Shown here: piece after piece, positions 1 through 12,306 of the stretch
How positions within the stretch are numbered: position 1 is the first letter of the stretch
Layout: every line of letters begins with the position of its first letter
Assembly (NCBI GenBank): GCA_951406725.2
Contig: OX597839.1
Coordinates: forward strand, 20,088,001-20,152,000
Direction: 5' to 3'
Length of the DNA stretch: 64,000 nucleotides
DNA from: Octopus vulgaris
Lineage: Eukaryota
Made by a program: the position numbers and the translations under genes
The notes under the pieces: generated by a model
Databases searched by the model: none
What the model was told of the DNA's origin: nothing
Seen by the model: the letters and a program-made list of their open reading frames with translations, nothing else

Positions 1-265
1 AAAGTCTTTTATGTTTCGAGCCTACGCTCCTCAACGGAAAGGAGTAAGAGAAAATAAACAGAGACAGAGAGAGAATGAAAAAGACTTTTAAATTTCAGCG
101 GTCCAGCATGCCTCACTGAACTTTCTACTCTTAGGACTTGCATTTCTGAACCACTTCCGGAGCTTTCAGCACCTCTCGTCATCCACATACCAGCATTCCA
201 GCGGGATTACCACTGGGTCTAATGACTCTACTTTCCCGAATTACACTGGATTTTTTTCGGTGATG
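1..265 (-). mobile_element. Penelope-like 3'-terminal fragment with hammerhead motif and an inverted upstream segment
   Basis: 1-110 is similar on the minus strand to 17100-17210 and 32480-32600. About 150-265 is similar on the plus strand to 16855-16980 (cagcacctc..tcatccacataccagca..ttaccactgg). Confidence 0.6.
6..41 (-). ncRNA. degenerate minimal type I hammerhead ribozyme
   Basis: Minus strand reads CTTT-CCGTTGA-G-GAGC(GTAG)GCTC-GAAACAT-A-AAAG; stem I is CTTT/AAAG. Confidence 0.5.
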
Positions 266-546
266 CATATGTATATATATATATATATATATTTCTCTTT
301 TACTTGTTTCAGTCAGTTGACTGTGGCCATGCTGGAGCACTGCCTTTAGTCGAGCAAATCGACCCCAGGACTTATTCTTTGTAAGCCTAGCACTTATTCT
401 ATCGGTCTCTTTTTGCCGAACCGCTAAGTTACGGGGACGTAAACACACCAGCATCAGTTGTCAAGCGATGTTGGGGGTACAAACACATACACACATACAT
501 ACACACATACATATACACACACATGTACATATATAGATATACGTGT

Positions 547-604
<58 letters not shown>

Positions 605-607
<3 letters not shown>

Positions 608-920
608 GCATATTTGCCACACGACAATCACCGGTCTTCGAACAAGCAATAATAAAGCTCTGAATGAGGTATAAACAGTAGCTGCACAACAATATGAAGC
701 ATATTTGCCATCTCAATATGGCTAACCCCTAAGAGTGGATGCTACTGTAGCTTGTAGCCCCAGGAGAACATCTTCTCCAGCTGGCTATTGACACACTTTC
801 TGTGCCCTATCAGTATTTGCAAAGGGAAGCCATCCTTCCCATCGCCGACCTGACGTGATACGCACGGACCCAGGTTTCTGAGTATTTACCCGTCGTCAGC
901 GCACGACAATCGCTGGTCTT
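605..920 (-). mobile_element. hammerhead-containing non-autonomous element (retrozyme or Penelope pLTR-like), ~282-nt unit with terminal redundancy
   Basis: Direct repeats at 620-638/902-920 and 605-619/696-710, with a hammerhead at 862-904. Inserted in the (TG)n tract of a SINE. Confidence 0.65.
862..904 (-). ncRNA. type I hammerhead ribozyme with canonical core
   Basis: Minus strand reads GTGCG-CTGACGA-C-GGGT(AAAT)ACTC-A-GAAAC(CTGG)GTC-CGTGC: CUGANGA, GAAA, GUC triplet and all three stems can form. Confidence 0.75.
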
Positions 921-1617
921 ACGACGTGCTTCTTTCAGTTTCCGTCTACCAAATCCACTCACAAGGCTATGGTCGGCCCGAGGCTATAGCAGAAGACACT
1001 TGCCCAAGTTGCCACGCAGTGGGACTGAACCCGGAACCATGTGGTTGGTAAACAAGCTACTGTGGTATTTCTTACGTGATAGATAAATAAATAAATAAAT
1101 AATTGAATAAACAGATAGATAGATAAAGAATTAAATAGATAAATAAATAAATAGTCATGACAATCACTGCTGGATTGTTTGGGGATTTAAGAAGAAAAAC
1201 CCTCTACACAAACAGTAGAACAACGATGATAGGAACTACCATTGTTCATACTACGAACATAGCATCCGCTGGGGTGGGAGGAGAGGGAAACCTGCTAATC
1301 CTCACACAAACACCCATACACTCACATTCTCTCTCTGGACCACTACCAAACCGCCACCACAGCCACCATGAACAGGGACAATAATAGCAACAACTTCAAC
1401 ATCAATAACAACAAACCCCACAACAACAATATCCGATATGGTAATCCAACTCACCCACCATCTCTGACAACATTATTATTATTATTGTTGTTGTTGCGGT
1501 TTTCATTATCATCAGCATTATTCTCTTCCCCTTCTATTCGTTGTCGTCATCATCATCATCGTCGTCGTCGTCGTCATCATCATCATCAATAACTCCCCCC
1601 TCCACTTGTCTCCTACT

Positions 1618-1715
1618 TTTTGTATTGTCCTTTTTTCTCGTATGTTCGGCCCTTGTGGCCAAAAAGAAAAGGCTATTATTATTGTAATTGATATTATTAT
1701 TATTATTATTATCAT

Positions 1716-1759
<44 letters not shown>

Positions 1760-1885
1760 TCATCATCATCATCATCATCATCATCATCGTTATCGTTATT
1801 GTTATTATCGTCCTGTTTTTGTCCTTTATGCAGTTCTGTCATTTAATGTTATTTTATATGAGCCCTTGTGGCTAATAAAAGAATT
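1618..1885 (+). mobile_element. two short LINE-like 3' tails ending GCCCTTGTGGC..AAAGAA before (ATT)n
   Basis: 1618-1675 and 1810-1885 resemble each other, 57992-58015 and the 3' end of SINE family C. Confidence 0.45.
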
Positions 1886-2307
1886 TATTATTATTATTAT
1901 TATTACTGTTGTTGTTGTTTTTATGTTGTTTACTTTTGTCGTTTACCAGTTTGTATACCCATCATCTAACTTCACCTCCCCCCCTTTTTTCCTCCATTTC
2001 TACTGACGACCCCACATAATGGAGTTTCTATTCACAGGGAGAGCCAGACAGACAGTCAGACACTCAGACAGGCAATGAGATAAGAAGAGAGAGAGAGGGG
2101 GAGAGAAGGGGAGACAGAGGTAAAACTGAATACAAGAGCCAACCGGAAAGAAAAAAGGGAGAATGAGGGTGACAAGGTTACTGTGGAGGGAGACAAGGCG
2201 AAAGAGAGAGGGAGAGAGAGGGGGGAGAGAGAGGGAGGGAGAATGGGAGAGAGATGAAGAGGAAGATGTCAATGGAGATAACAAACGTTATGTTGTAGCA
2301 GTAGTAT

Positions 2308-2338
<31 letters not shown>

Positions 2339-2385
2339 GGTGATGATGATGGTTGTGGTGCTGCTGGTAGTAATACTTGTGGAAT

Positions 2386-2426
<41 letters not shown>

Positions 2427-2804
2427 TGGTGGTGGTGGTAGTTGTACTAGTGGTAATAGTAGTAGTAGTGACGGTAGTAGTGGTGGTGGTGGTGGTAATG
2501 GTACATAAATCACATACCATTTCCAACACGACATTACTTCCTCTCTCCCCACCACTCGCATTACCAATACAACCACCACGACCACCACCACCACCATCGG
2601 CACCACCGCCACCACCATCATCAATACAACATGTACTACCACCAATGCAACAATCACTAGCCTTCATACAAGTGCAAGCACTACAACGACCACAAACACA
2701 TGCACAACTATCAGAACTACCACCAATGCAATCACCTCTACTATCACCAATACAGTCACTACTACTACCCATACAATATATATATATATATATATATACT
2801 TTTA

Positions 2805-3160
2805 ATAAAGCCTTCTTATAAAGCCTTCTTATAAAGCCTTCTTATAAAGCCTTCTTATAAAGCCTTCTAATAAAGCCTTCTGTTAAAGCCTTCTGAGAAA
2901 GGCTTCTCATAAAGCCTTCTTATAAAGCCTTATTTTAAAGCCTTCTTATAAAACCTTATTATAAAGCCTTCTCAAAAAGCCTTCTTATAAAGTTTTCTTA
3001 TAAAGACTTCTCATAAAACATCGTAAAGCCTTCTTATAAGGCCTTCTTGTAAAGCCTTCTTGTAAAGCTTTCTAATAAAGCCTTCTCATAAAGCCTTCTC
3101 ATAACGCCTTCTTTTAAAGCTTTCATATAAAGCCTCATTATAAAGCCTACTAATAAAGCC
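2805..3160. repeat. 13-bp minisatellite (TAAAGCCTTCTTA)n
   Basis: Roughly 27 tandem units that degenerate towards the right. Confidence 0.95.
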
Positions 3161-3426
3161 CTGATTTCTCTTGCAAGAAATAAGAACTAAAGCCACCCTC
3201 AAATCATGCACTACACTTTGTAACAAATTGTTATTTTTCATTTTTCGTCTTTGGTCAGTATGTATTATTTCCCATTTGCTTCTGTCTCAAAATCAAAGGA
3301 AACGACTTCCATTCCCTTCAAACATTGCTTTTCTGACTTGGACATCAATGTTTTGAAACTGACCTATTTTCCATTACATTTCAGACAGATTCGGCAATAA
3401 GTTGCTGAAGCAGAAATATCATTATA

Positions 3427-3570
3427 GCAAATATTCTGCTCAATACCACAGATTTGCTTGTCAGTTGCTTGACTATATGACCACTTGATCCTGTCCCTTA
3501 GTGACTAACGTACATCTCAGATCTGGACCATAGCTATGTTTTGAGAGGGATTCTTTGGGGGTTTGAATCA
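3427..3570 (+). mobile_element. degenerate fragment of the LINE 3' UTR seen at 22808 and 58062
   Basis: gcaaatattctgctcaataccacagatttgcttgtcagttg is the reverse complement of about 58470-58510. Confidence 0.7.
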
Positions 3571-3725
3571 ATATAACAAAAGAAAAAGGAAATATTAGTC
3601 ATTTCTCATACTTTCTAGGGGTCAGCGGATGGGAAATAACAGTTGCTACCCAAGGACAAAAAATGTCCTTACACAGCGTTAGCTTTTTCCTTTTAAAACA
3701 AAAAAGAACGTAATATATATATGTA

Positions 3726-3955
3726 TGTGTGTGTGTTTGTGTGTCTGTGTTTGTCCCCCTAGCATCGCTTGACAACCGATGCTAGTGTGTTTACATCCCC
3801 GTCACTTAGCGGTTCGGCAAATGAGACCGATAGAATAAGTACTGGGCTTACAAAGAATAAGTCCTGGGGTCGATTTGCTCGACTAAAGGCGGTGCTCCAG
3901 CATGGCCGCAGTCAAATGACTGAAACAAGTAAAAGAGTAAAAAGAGAGTAAAGAG
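3726..3955 (+). mobile_element. SINE family A, 3' half
   Basis: cttgacaaccgatgctagtgtg...gactgaaacaagtaaaagagtaaaagag. Confidence 0.9.
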
Positions 3956-4179
3956 TATGGAATAATATAAAACATAGATACAACTACAAAAGGCAGGGTG
4001 GTCAGAACAGGAGTGTCTCTGATCATTACTTAGGTGAGTGTTCGATATAAACTGACCTTAGGCTACACAAAGACAATAACAAGAAAAGAGAAAAAATGGC
4101 CGCAACAGCAAGATTTATTACCCGCGGATCTTCCCTCGCCACCGCCGTGTAGCCCTTATCTCACCTTACAGCGCATGGT

Positions 4180-4228
<49 letters not shown>

Positions 4229-4269
4229 TGTATGTAGCTCTCTCTCTCTATCTCTCTCTCACACTATAT

Positions 4270-4337
<68 letters not shown>

Positions 4338-4723
4338 CTATTTGTTTCACTCCTCTGTTTTCAACATACCCATTCCTCCTCCTGCTTTTGACACTGCCAC
4401 CACTGTAGACATAGAAAAATGTGACACCTACCCAAGGGGGTGCGGTAGGGGGTTGTTTGCGTGCATCAGGTGTTAGCGGTGAAAGGTGGATGAAGGCAGA
4501 TGATCCCTACTTCACTCAACAAGATTCTGTAAGTTCAGGGATTTGAGGAGGGTAGGGTACGCCATAGGGATATATTGATGAGATGTAGGCAAGTGTGTGT
4601 GTATGTATGTGTGTGTGGGGAGTCTGTAAATCTATCATAGCATATACACCCACATACAGATTTACAGATATGATCTGATATACATACATATATATAAATG
4701 TATATATATAATATAAATATATA

Positions 4724-4756
<33 letters not shown>

Positions 4757-5559
4757 ATTTATATAATATGTATATCTATGTGTATGTATATATATATGTA
4801 TATATATATATATATGTATCTATGTGAATATACATGTATGTGTGTGTGTGTGAGTGTGTGTTTATATATATATGTGTGTGTATATTTGAGAGTAGTTACA
4901 TATATATATATATTTACACACACATACACACACGCACTCACATATATGTATATGTGTGTTTGTGTATATATGAGACAGATGTATATGCCTGTGTCACATT
5001 AAATGTTACGATGGCTTATCACACACAAATACAGATATAGAGACATAGGTATACACGAACGCCTACACACACACACCTTTGCACTAACCACATTAGCTCA
5101 ATGTTCCCTGACACCGATTAAACTCATATACAATATAGACACAGAAACGCAAGCCTATGACTATCTCTTTCTCTCTTTCTTACTTTCTCTTTTCTATGTC
5201 TGTGTGTGCGTGTGCGTGCGTGTGTGTGTGTGTGTATACGAGGAGCTTCCAACTGGGACTATAACAGAAGACGCTCGCCCAACGTGGCACGCAGCGGGAC
5301 TGAACTCAAGACCACTTGAATGAAAAGCAGGCTTTCGTAACCACAGAACCAGGCCAGCGTCTATCGCTACCTTCTTTGTTTATTTTGCTCACTGATTTAC
5401 GAGCAACACAAACACGGTTTCAACCACTTGTCAAGAGCTCAGAGACAAATGCCATTGATCACATACAAACACATGCTCGCACACACATACTTATATTACA
5501 TATATATGTGTGTGTGTGTGTGTGTGTGCGTGTGTATCTATCTATCTATCTATCTACCA

Positions 5560-5670
<111 letters not shown>

Positions 5671-5689
5671 GTCTATATACATATATCCA

Positions 5690-5972
5690 TCCATCCATCC
5701 ATCCATCCAGGACTTAATCTTTGTAAGCCTAGTACTTATTCTATTGGTTTCTTTTGCCGAACCACTAAGTTATGGGGACGTAAGCACACTAAGATCGGTT
5801 GTCAATCGATGGTGGAGGACACAGACAAACATACATACACACACACATATATATAATACATATATATATATATTATATATATATATATACATCTATCTAT
5901 CTATCTATCTATATACATATATATATATTATATATATATATATATACATCTATCTATCTATCTATCTATCTA

Positions 5973-6014
<42 letters not shown>

Positions 6015-6956
6015 TGTTGTTTAAAAAAATGTCCAGTTCCTTGGGTTTGTGTCTATGTTTTCGTTTCTCATTGTGTTCGACGTCTTTTTGGTGTCCTGTA
6101 CTCATATATGCGTGTATATGTACATGTAGAGGTAGGTACGTACATATATGTATGTATATATGCATATGTTTTATTTTATTTATTAATATATTATATGATG
6201 AAACGCACGCACCCCCTTATGTAAGATTGTTCTTTATATCAAGTTTTGTTCTTGATATTAACTTTGATGCGCACTCTTAACCTTACTGTCCCATCTCTTT
6301 CTCAGCCTTCATTCTTTGATTTCCTTTTCCTCTACTTAACTTGTCTCTCTCTCTCTCTCTCATTCTTCACTCTCTCTCTCTCTCTCTCCCTCTCTCATTC
6401 TTCATGGTTTCCTCACAACCATTCCCCTTCTTCTCTCCCTTTCTCTTGCTCCTCCTCCCCCTCCCGTCGTTGACCCGCGACGAGACTCCCGCTACTGTCT
6501 TTCTAGCCTAACCCTCTCGAGGTGTGGATGACAATTCTTTTTGCTCCGTTTGTCGTTCACAAAAAAATCCGCGTTCGTAATACTTTTTTTCGTTCGGCGT
6601 TAACAGCCCTTCTTATCTTGTTTTTCCTTGTCCTGTCTTTTACTGTTTATAATTTTGTACTGTCGTTACTGTCCTGTTTTTATTACCATTTTTTACCCCT
6701 CTGCGAAAAGATCTCAGAATTTTAATTGATTTGCTTTTCGCAGGAAGGAAAGTTTCTTGTCGAAGATACATCTCGCTTTCACCTTCGAAGCGTAGAGTAG
6801 ATGAAACCATAGCGACTGAAGAAGGGGTTTTTTCTTTGTGTTAATTGTCCTGTACTCATATATGCGTGTATATGTACATGTAGAGGTAGGTACGTACATA
6901 TATGTTTATATATATGCATATGTTTTATTTATTAATATATATATATATAGATATAG

Positions 6957-7012
<56 letters not shown>

Positions 7013-7230
7013 GAATATATATATATAATATATATATATATTATATATGTGTGTGTGTGTATGTAAGTTTGTGTCCTCCACCATCGCTTGACAACCGATG
7101 TTGGTGTGTTTATGTCCCAATAACTTAGTGGCTCGGCAAAAGAATCCGATAGAATAAGTACTAGGCTTACAACGAATGAGTCCTGGATGGATGGGTGGAT
7201 GGATGGATGGATGGATGGATGGATGGATAT
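5690..7230. repeat. inverted duplication (arms ~5690-5990 and ~6940-7230) of a truncated SINE A half plus its microsatellites
   Basis: Both arms break at (CATC)n-CCAGGACT and share the same order of (CA), (TA) and (TATC) tracts in opposite orientation. Confidence 0.75.
6013..6940 (+). mobile_element. non-coding partial-tandem element with ~95-bp terminal direct repeat (Penelope pLTR-like)
   Basis: 6092-6190 is repeated at 6847-6940 (tgtcctgtactcatatatgcgtg...gtaggtacgtacat). A homologous copy lies on the minus strand at 39347-39600. Confidence 0.6.
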
Positions 7231-7769
7231 AACAACAGATGGATACTGTGTCTATTCACTACAGCTGTTTCCAACGAATTTTCAGTTGATTAACGGACGT
7301 GATTAACGGAGACGAATTCATGAACCACAACATTCAAAAATCAAGGGCATGTGCACCTTCATGATTCTATGACCCTTGCTGGTCATAGAATGTGTGTATC
7401 GATGTGTCTATGTGTGTGAATTTGCGTGCGTCCCTCACCACTGTTTGACAACCAATGTTGGTGTCTTTACGTCTTTATGTTTCCGTAACCTAGCGGTTCG
7501 GCACAAGGAATCGATAGAATGAGTACCGGGCTAACCAATTATGTATTGGGGTCGATTCATTCGATTAAATACTCAAGGTGGTGCTCCAGCAGGGCCGCAG
7601 TCTAATGCCCGAAACAAGTAAAAGATAGAAGATAAAAGATGACACCATCTTCACTGTCACCATTGCAAAAGAATGTGTAAGCGGCGGCGGAGGCGGTGGT
7701 GGTGGTGGTGGTGGTGCTGTGTGTGTGTGTCCTTGTGTTTATGTTGTTGACGTCATAATAATTTATAAA

Positions 7770-8965
7770 CATCGTCACTACCACTACCCCCAACATTATC
7801 ACCATCACCACCGTTTCCACTGTAACCACTACCAACACCACCACCACACTTACCACCATCACCACCAGCTCCATCACAATCACCACCATAAACGTCAGCG
7901 TCGTTACCACCATCACTCCCACTACCATCAGTGAAACCATCACCACCACCACTGCCAACAACACTACCACCTCTACCACCACAACCACCACCACCATCAC
8001 CACCGGGATCACTACCATCACCACCACCATCACTACCATCACCATCACCGCCATCTACACCATCACTACCACCATTCGCCATCACCAACACCATCACTAC
8101 CACCATTACCAGCATCACGACCGACATCACTACCATCACCAACACCACACCACCACCATCAGCAGCGTCCCACCGCCGCCATTACTACCACCGCCGCCGC
8201 AACCATCGCCACCATCAGCACCCCACCGCCGCCATTACTACCACCGCAACCATCGCCACCATCAGCACCTCACCGCCGCCATCACCACCACCGCAATCAT
8301 CTCCACCATCAGCACCCCGCCACTACCACCACCACCACCACCACCGCCGCCGCCGCAACCATCGCCACCATCAGCACCCCACCGCCGCCATTACTACCAC
8401 CGCAACCATCGCCACCATCAGCACCCCACCGCCGCCATCACCACCACCGCAATCATCTCCACCATCAGCACCCCGCCACTACCACCACCACCACCACACC
8501 ACCACCACCACCGCCGCCGCCGCAACCATCGCCACCATCAGCACCCCACCGCCGCCATCACCACCACCGCAACCATCGCCACCATCAGCACCTCACCGCC
8601 GCCATCACCACCACCGCAATCATCTCCACCATCAGCACCCCGCCACTACCACCACCACCACCACCACCACCACCACCGCCGCCGCCGCAACCATCGCCAC
8701 CATCAGCACCCCACCGCCGCCATTACCACCACCGCAACCATCGCCACCATCAGCACCTCACCGCCGCCATCACCACCACCGCAATCATCTCCACCATCAG
8801 CACCCCGCCACTACCACCACCTCCACCACCACCGCCGCCGCCGCAACCATCGCCACCATCAGCACCCCACCGCCGCCATTACTACCACCGCAATCATCTC
8901 CACCATCAGCACCCCACCACCACCACTACCACTACCACCACCACCACCACCACCACCACCACCAT
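7770..8965. repeat. (CCA)n-derived low-complexity tract with higher-order units
   Basis: Recurrent ccgcaaccatcgccaccatcagcacccc blocks between 8160 and 8910. Confidence 0.9.
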
Positions 8966-9255
8966 TAGCGCCACCACTGTGAGACATCGTTGTGTATTGT
9001 TTGCTAATCAATGTGAAAGCATTAAATAGACAACGTCGATGCAAGAAAAGGCGACAGGGAGGGGGGTGAGGGGCGGTGGTCGGGGCCAAAACAAACAAAC
9101 CCTTGTATTGTGTATAATTCAAAGCGAAGGGGATATGTGGCTTCAAACTATAAAGGGGTTTCTTTCTTAATCCCTAACGCAAGCTCGCCAACTCACACCC
9201 TTCAATTCTCCCCAATCTCTCTCCTTTCCTCTCCGTTTTGGGAACTGATTTCTCT

Positions 9256-9299
<44 letters not shown>

Positions 9300-9600
9300 C
9301 TCTGTCTCTCGCTCTCTCATCTATCTTTCTTCCACTTGGCTCTCTCTCTCTCTCTTTATCTCTCTTCCGTTCTCTCTTACTCTATCTCTTTCTTTCTGTT
9401 CCTCTCTCTCTCTCTCTCTCTCACTTTCTTTCTCTTTGTGTCACTCCCTTTAAATTGGTGTATATATACATATATTTACATGTCTCGCTATCTAATTGTC
9501 TATCTATCTATCTCACACACGTTCACACGCACGCACACACACACACACACACACACACAAAAGCAAACATATACTGTCTATACGTGATTAAATATATGGT

Positions 9601-9985
9601 GGGAGGCGCAATGGCCCAGTGGTTAGGGCAGCGGACTCGCGGTCATAGGATCGCGGTTTCGATTCCCAGACCGGGCGTTGTGAGTGTTTATTGATCGAAA
9701 ACACCTAAAGCTCCACGAGGCTCCGACAGGGGATGGTGGTGATCCCTGCTGTACTCTTTCACCACAACTTTCTCTCACTCTTATTTCCTGTTTCTGTTGT
9801 ACCTGTATTTCAAAGGGCCGGCCTTGTCACTCTCTGTGTCACGCTGAATATCCCCGAGAACTACGTTAAGGGTACGCGTGTCTGTGGAGTGCTCAGCCAC
9901 TTACACGTTAATTTCACGAGCAGGCTGTTCCGTTGATTCGGATCAACCGGAACCCTCATCGTCGTAACCGACGGAGTGCTTCCAC
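9601..9985 (+). mobile_element. tRNA-derived SINE (family B1)
   Basis: tRNA-like head TGGCCCAGTGGTTAGGGCAGCGGACTCGCGGTC..GGTTTCGATTCCC, shared with 21391, 38825 and 54036. Confidence 0.85.
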
Positions 9986-10019
9986 ACAAATATATATGGT
10001 GTGGTTGTGTGGTAAGAAG

Positions 10020-10826
10020 CTGGCAGAAACGTTAGGACGCCGGGCGAAATGCTTAGCGATATTTCGTCTGTCTTTACGTTCTGAGTTCAAATTCCACCGA
10101 AGTCGACTTTGCCTTTCATCCTTTCGGGGTCGATTAAATAAATACCTATTTCTTTACTACCCACAAGGGGCTAAACACAGAGGGGGCAAACAAGGATACA
10201 CAAACGGATTAAGTCGATTATATCGACCCCAGTGCATGACTGGTACTTATTTAATCGACCCCGAAAGGATGAAAGGCAAAGTCGACCTCGGCGGACGAAA
10301 TACTGCTAAGCATTTCACCCGGCGTGCTAACGAGTCTGGCAGTTCGCCGCCTTTATATTAAATTAAGTACCAGTTATGCACTGGGGTCGATATAATCGAC
10401 TTAATACGTTTGTCTGTCCTTGTTTGTCTCCTCTGTGTTTAGCCCCCTGTGGGTAGTAAAGAAATAGGTATTTGGTATGCCGCTACGTTTTGAGTTCAAA
10501 TTCCGCCGAGGTCGACTTTGCCTTTCATCCCTTCGGGGTCGATTAAATAAGTACCAGTTACGCACTGGGGTCGATGTAATCGACTAAATTCGTTTGTTTG
10601 TCCCCTCTATGTTTAGCCCCTTGTGGGTAGTAAAGAAATAGGTATTTCGTCTGCCGCTACGTTCTGAGTTCAAATTCCGCCGAGGTCGACTTTGCCTTTC
10701 ATCCTTTCGGGGTCGATAAATTAAGTACCAGTAACGCACTGGGGTCGATGTAATCGACATAACCCCTTTGTCTGTCCTTGCTTGTCCGCTCTATGTTTAA
10801 CCCCTTGTGGGCAATAAAGAAATAAG
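10020..10826. mobile_element. SINE family C cluster: plus-strand copy interrupted by a minus-strand copy (10145-10353), followed by headless tandem units
   Basis: Central GTCGACTTTGCCTTTCATCCTTTCGGGGTCGATAAATTAAGTACC domain (Meta-domain-like, from memory). Imperfect TSD at 10133-10146/10357-10371. Confidence 0.85.
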
Positions 10827-10935
10827 AAGCTTGCTTCCCAAACACATGCTTCCAGGTTCAGTCTCACTGAACAAAGAATAAGTCTTGGAGCCGATCTCTT
10901 CGACTAAAACCTTTCAGTGTCGTGCTCCAGAAGAA

Positions 10936-10980
<45 letters not shown>

Positions 10981-11398
10981 TTACTCTCTTTACTCAGTTT
11001 TACTCTTTTACTTGTTTCAGTCATTTGACTGCGGCCAGGACTAGCACCGCCTTTCAATCAAAGCAACTCGACCCCGGGGCTTATTCTTTTGTAAGCTCAG
11101 TACTTATTCTATCGGTCTCTTTTGCCGAACCGCTAAGTAACGGGGACATCGGTTGTCAAGCAACGCTAGGGGAGTGGACAAACACAGACACACGTAGACA
11201 CACACATGCACACATATTTTTATTTATTCTTTTACGGGCTTCTTTACCAGTTTCCGATCTACCAAATCCACTCACAAGGCTTTGGTCGGCCCGAGGCTAT
11301 AGTAGAAGACACTTGCGCAAGGTGCCACACAGTGGGGCTGAACCTGCCTAACCATGTATAAATGCCAAAACAAGCTACTTGTCTACACAGCCACTCCT
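10981..11398 (-). mobile_element. SINE family A
   Basis: Near full-length match to the other copies. Confidence 0.9.
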
Positions 11399-11430
11399 GA
11401 TGATTTCTTTTATGAAACAGTTATATAATG

Positions 11431-11503
<73 letters not shown>

Positions 11504-11515
11504 TGTATATAAATA

Positions 11516-11740
11516 TACGAGAGAGTGCTGAGACATTCATGGCTGTGGGCAGAAGAAAATACAGGAAGATCTCAGCTTATTTTGGTTGTATTCAACATAT
11601 TCGCTTCTCAGATTTGCACATTTATTGCAGCAATCTCCAGTTATTTTATTAGCCGTGTAAGAATACTCGGAAGTTTGTATTTTCAAAACAGTTTCTCGCC
11701 ATACTCTTAAGTGCCAGAAACTTTTCAACACGCCCTCGTA
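11516..11740. mobile_element. mariner-like MITE
   Basis: Imperfect TIRs TACGAGAGAGTGCTGAGAC / CTTTTCAACACGCCCTCGTA with TA at both ends. Confidence 0.7.
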
Positions 11741-11899
11741 TATATACATTATTGACCACACATACTCAATAAATAAGCGAACTATGTTTGCCTGTAGGCT
11801 GCGATTTAGCGCCGTGGAAATGACCGCTTCAAAGCGCCGGGTGAGTGGTCAGTGTTGTTGACAAGACTAGCGCTTCTTCTACTTCATATCTGAACCTAT

Positions 11900-12303
11900 G
11901 CAGGAGTGGCTGTGTGGTAAGTAGCTTGCTAACCAACCACATGGTTCCGGGTTCAGTCCCACTGCGTGGCATCTTGGGAAAGTTTCTTCTGCTATAGCCC
12001 CGGGCCGACCAATGCCTTGTGAGTGGATTTGGTAGACGGAAACTGAAAGAAGCCTATCGTATATATGTATATATATATATGTGTGTGTGTGTGTGTTTGT
12101 GTGTGTGTGTTTGTCCCCGAGCATTGCTTGACAAACGATGCTGGTGTGTTTACGTCCCCGTCACTTAGCGGTTCGGCAAAAAAGAGACCGATAGAATAAG
12201 TACTGGGCTTACAAAGAATAAGTCCCGGGGTCGAGTTGCTCGATTAAAGGCGGTGCTCCAGCATGGCCGCAGTCAAATGACTGAAACAAGTAAAAGAGAA
12301 AGA
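11900..12303 (+). mobile_element. SINE family A, full length
   Basis: A box GGAGTGGCTGTGTGG, B box GGTTCAGTCCC, internal (TA)(TG) tract and tail. Confidence 0.92.
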
Positions 12304-12306
12304 GAT

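Larger units (their letters stand above)
295..1060 (-). mobile_element. tRNA-derived CORE-like SINE (family A) with internal microsatellite, interrupted by the 605-920 insertion
   Basis: Matches the ~400-bp repeat found many times in this window: B box GGTTCAGTCCC, CTTGGGCAAGTG core-like motif, (GTAAAAGA)n tail. Confidence 0.9.

Noticed and set aside
179-454. recurring [14 protein letters not shown] peptide ORFs (also 3769, 31050, 36679, 39092)
   Set aside because: Translations of SINE family A, not genes.
7931-8968. 345-aa Pro/His/Thr-rich ORF
   Set aside because: Translation of a (CCA)n-derived repeat, with no domain or splice evidence.
9601-9675. tRNA-like sequences (also 21391, 38825, 47055, 54036)
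   Set aside because: SINE heads followed by repeat bodies, without a proper acceptor stem or terminator.
11397-11425. CTGATGA..GAAAC hammerhead-like spacing
   Set aside because: The intervening TTTCTTTTAT cannot form stem II, and there is no stem I.
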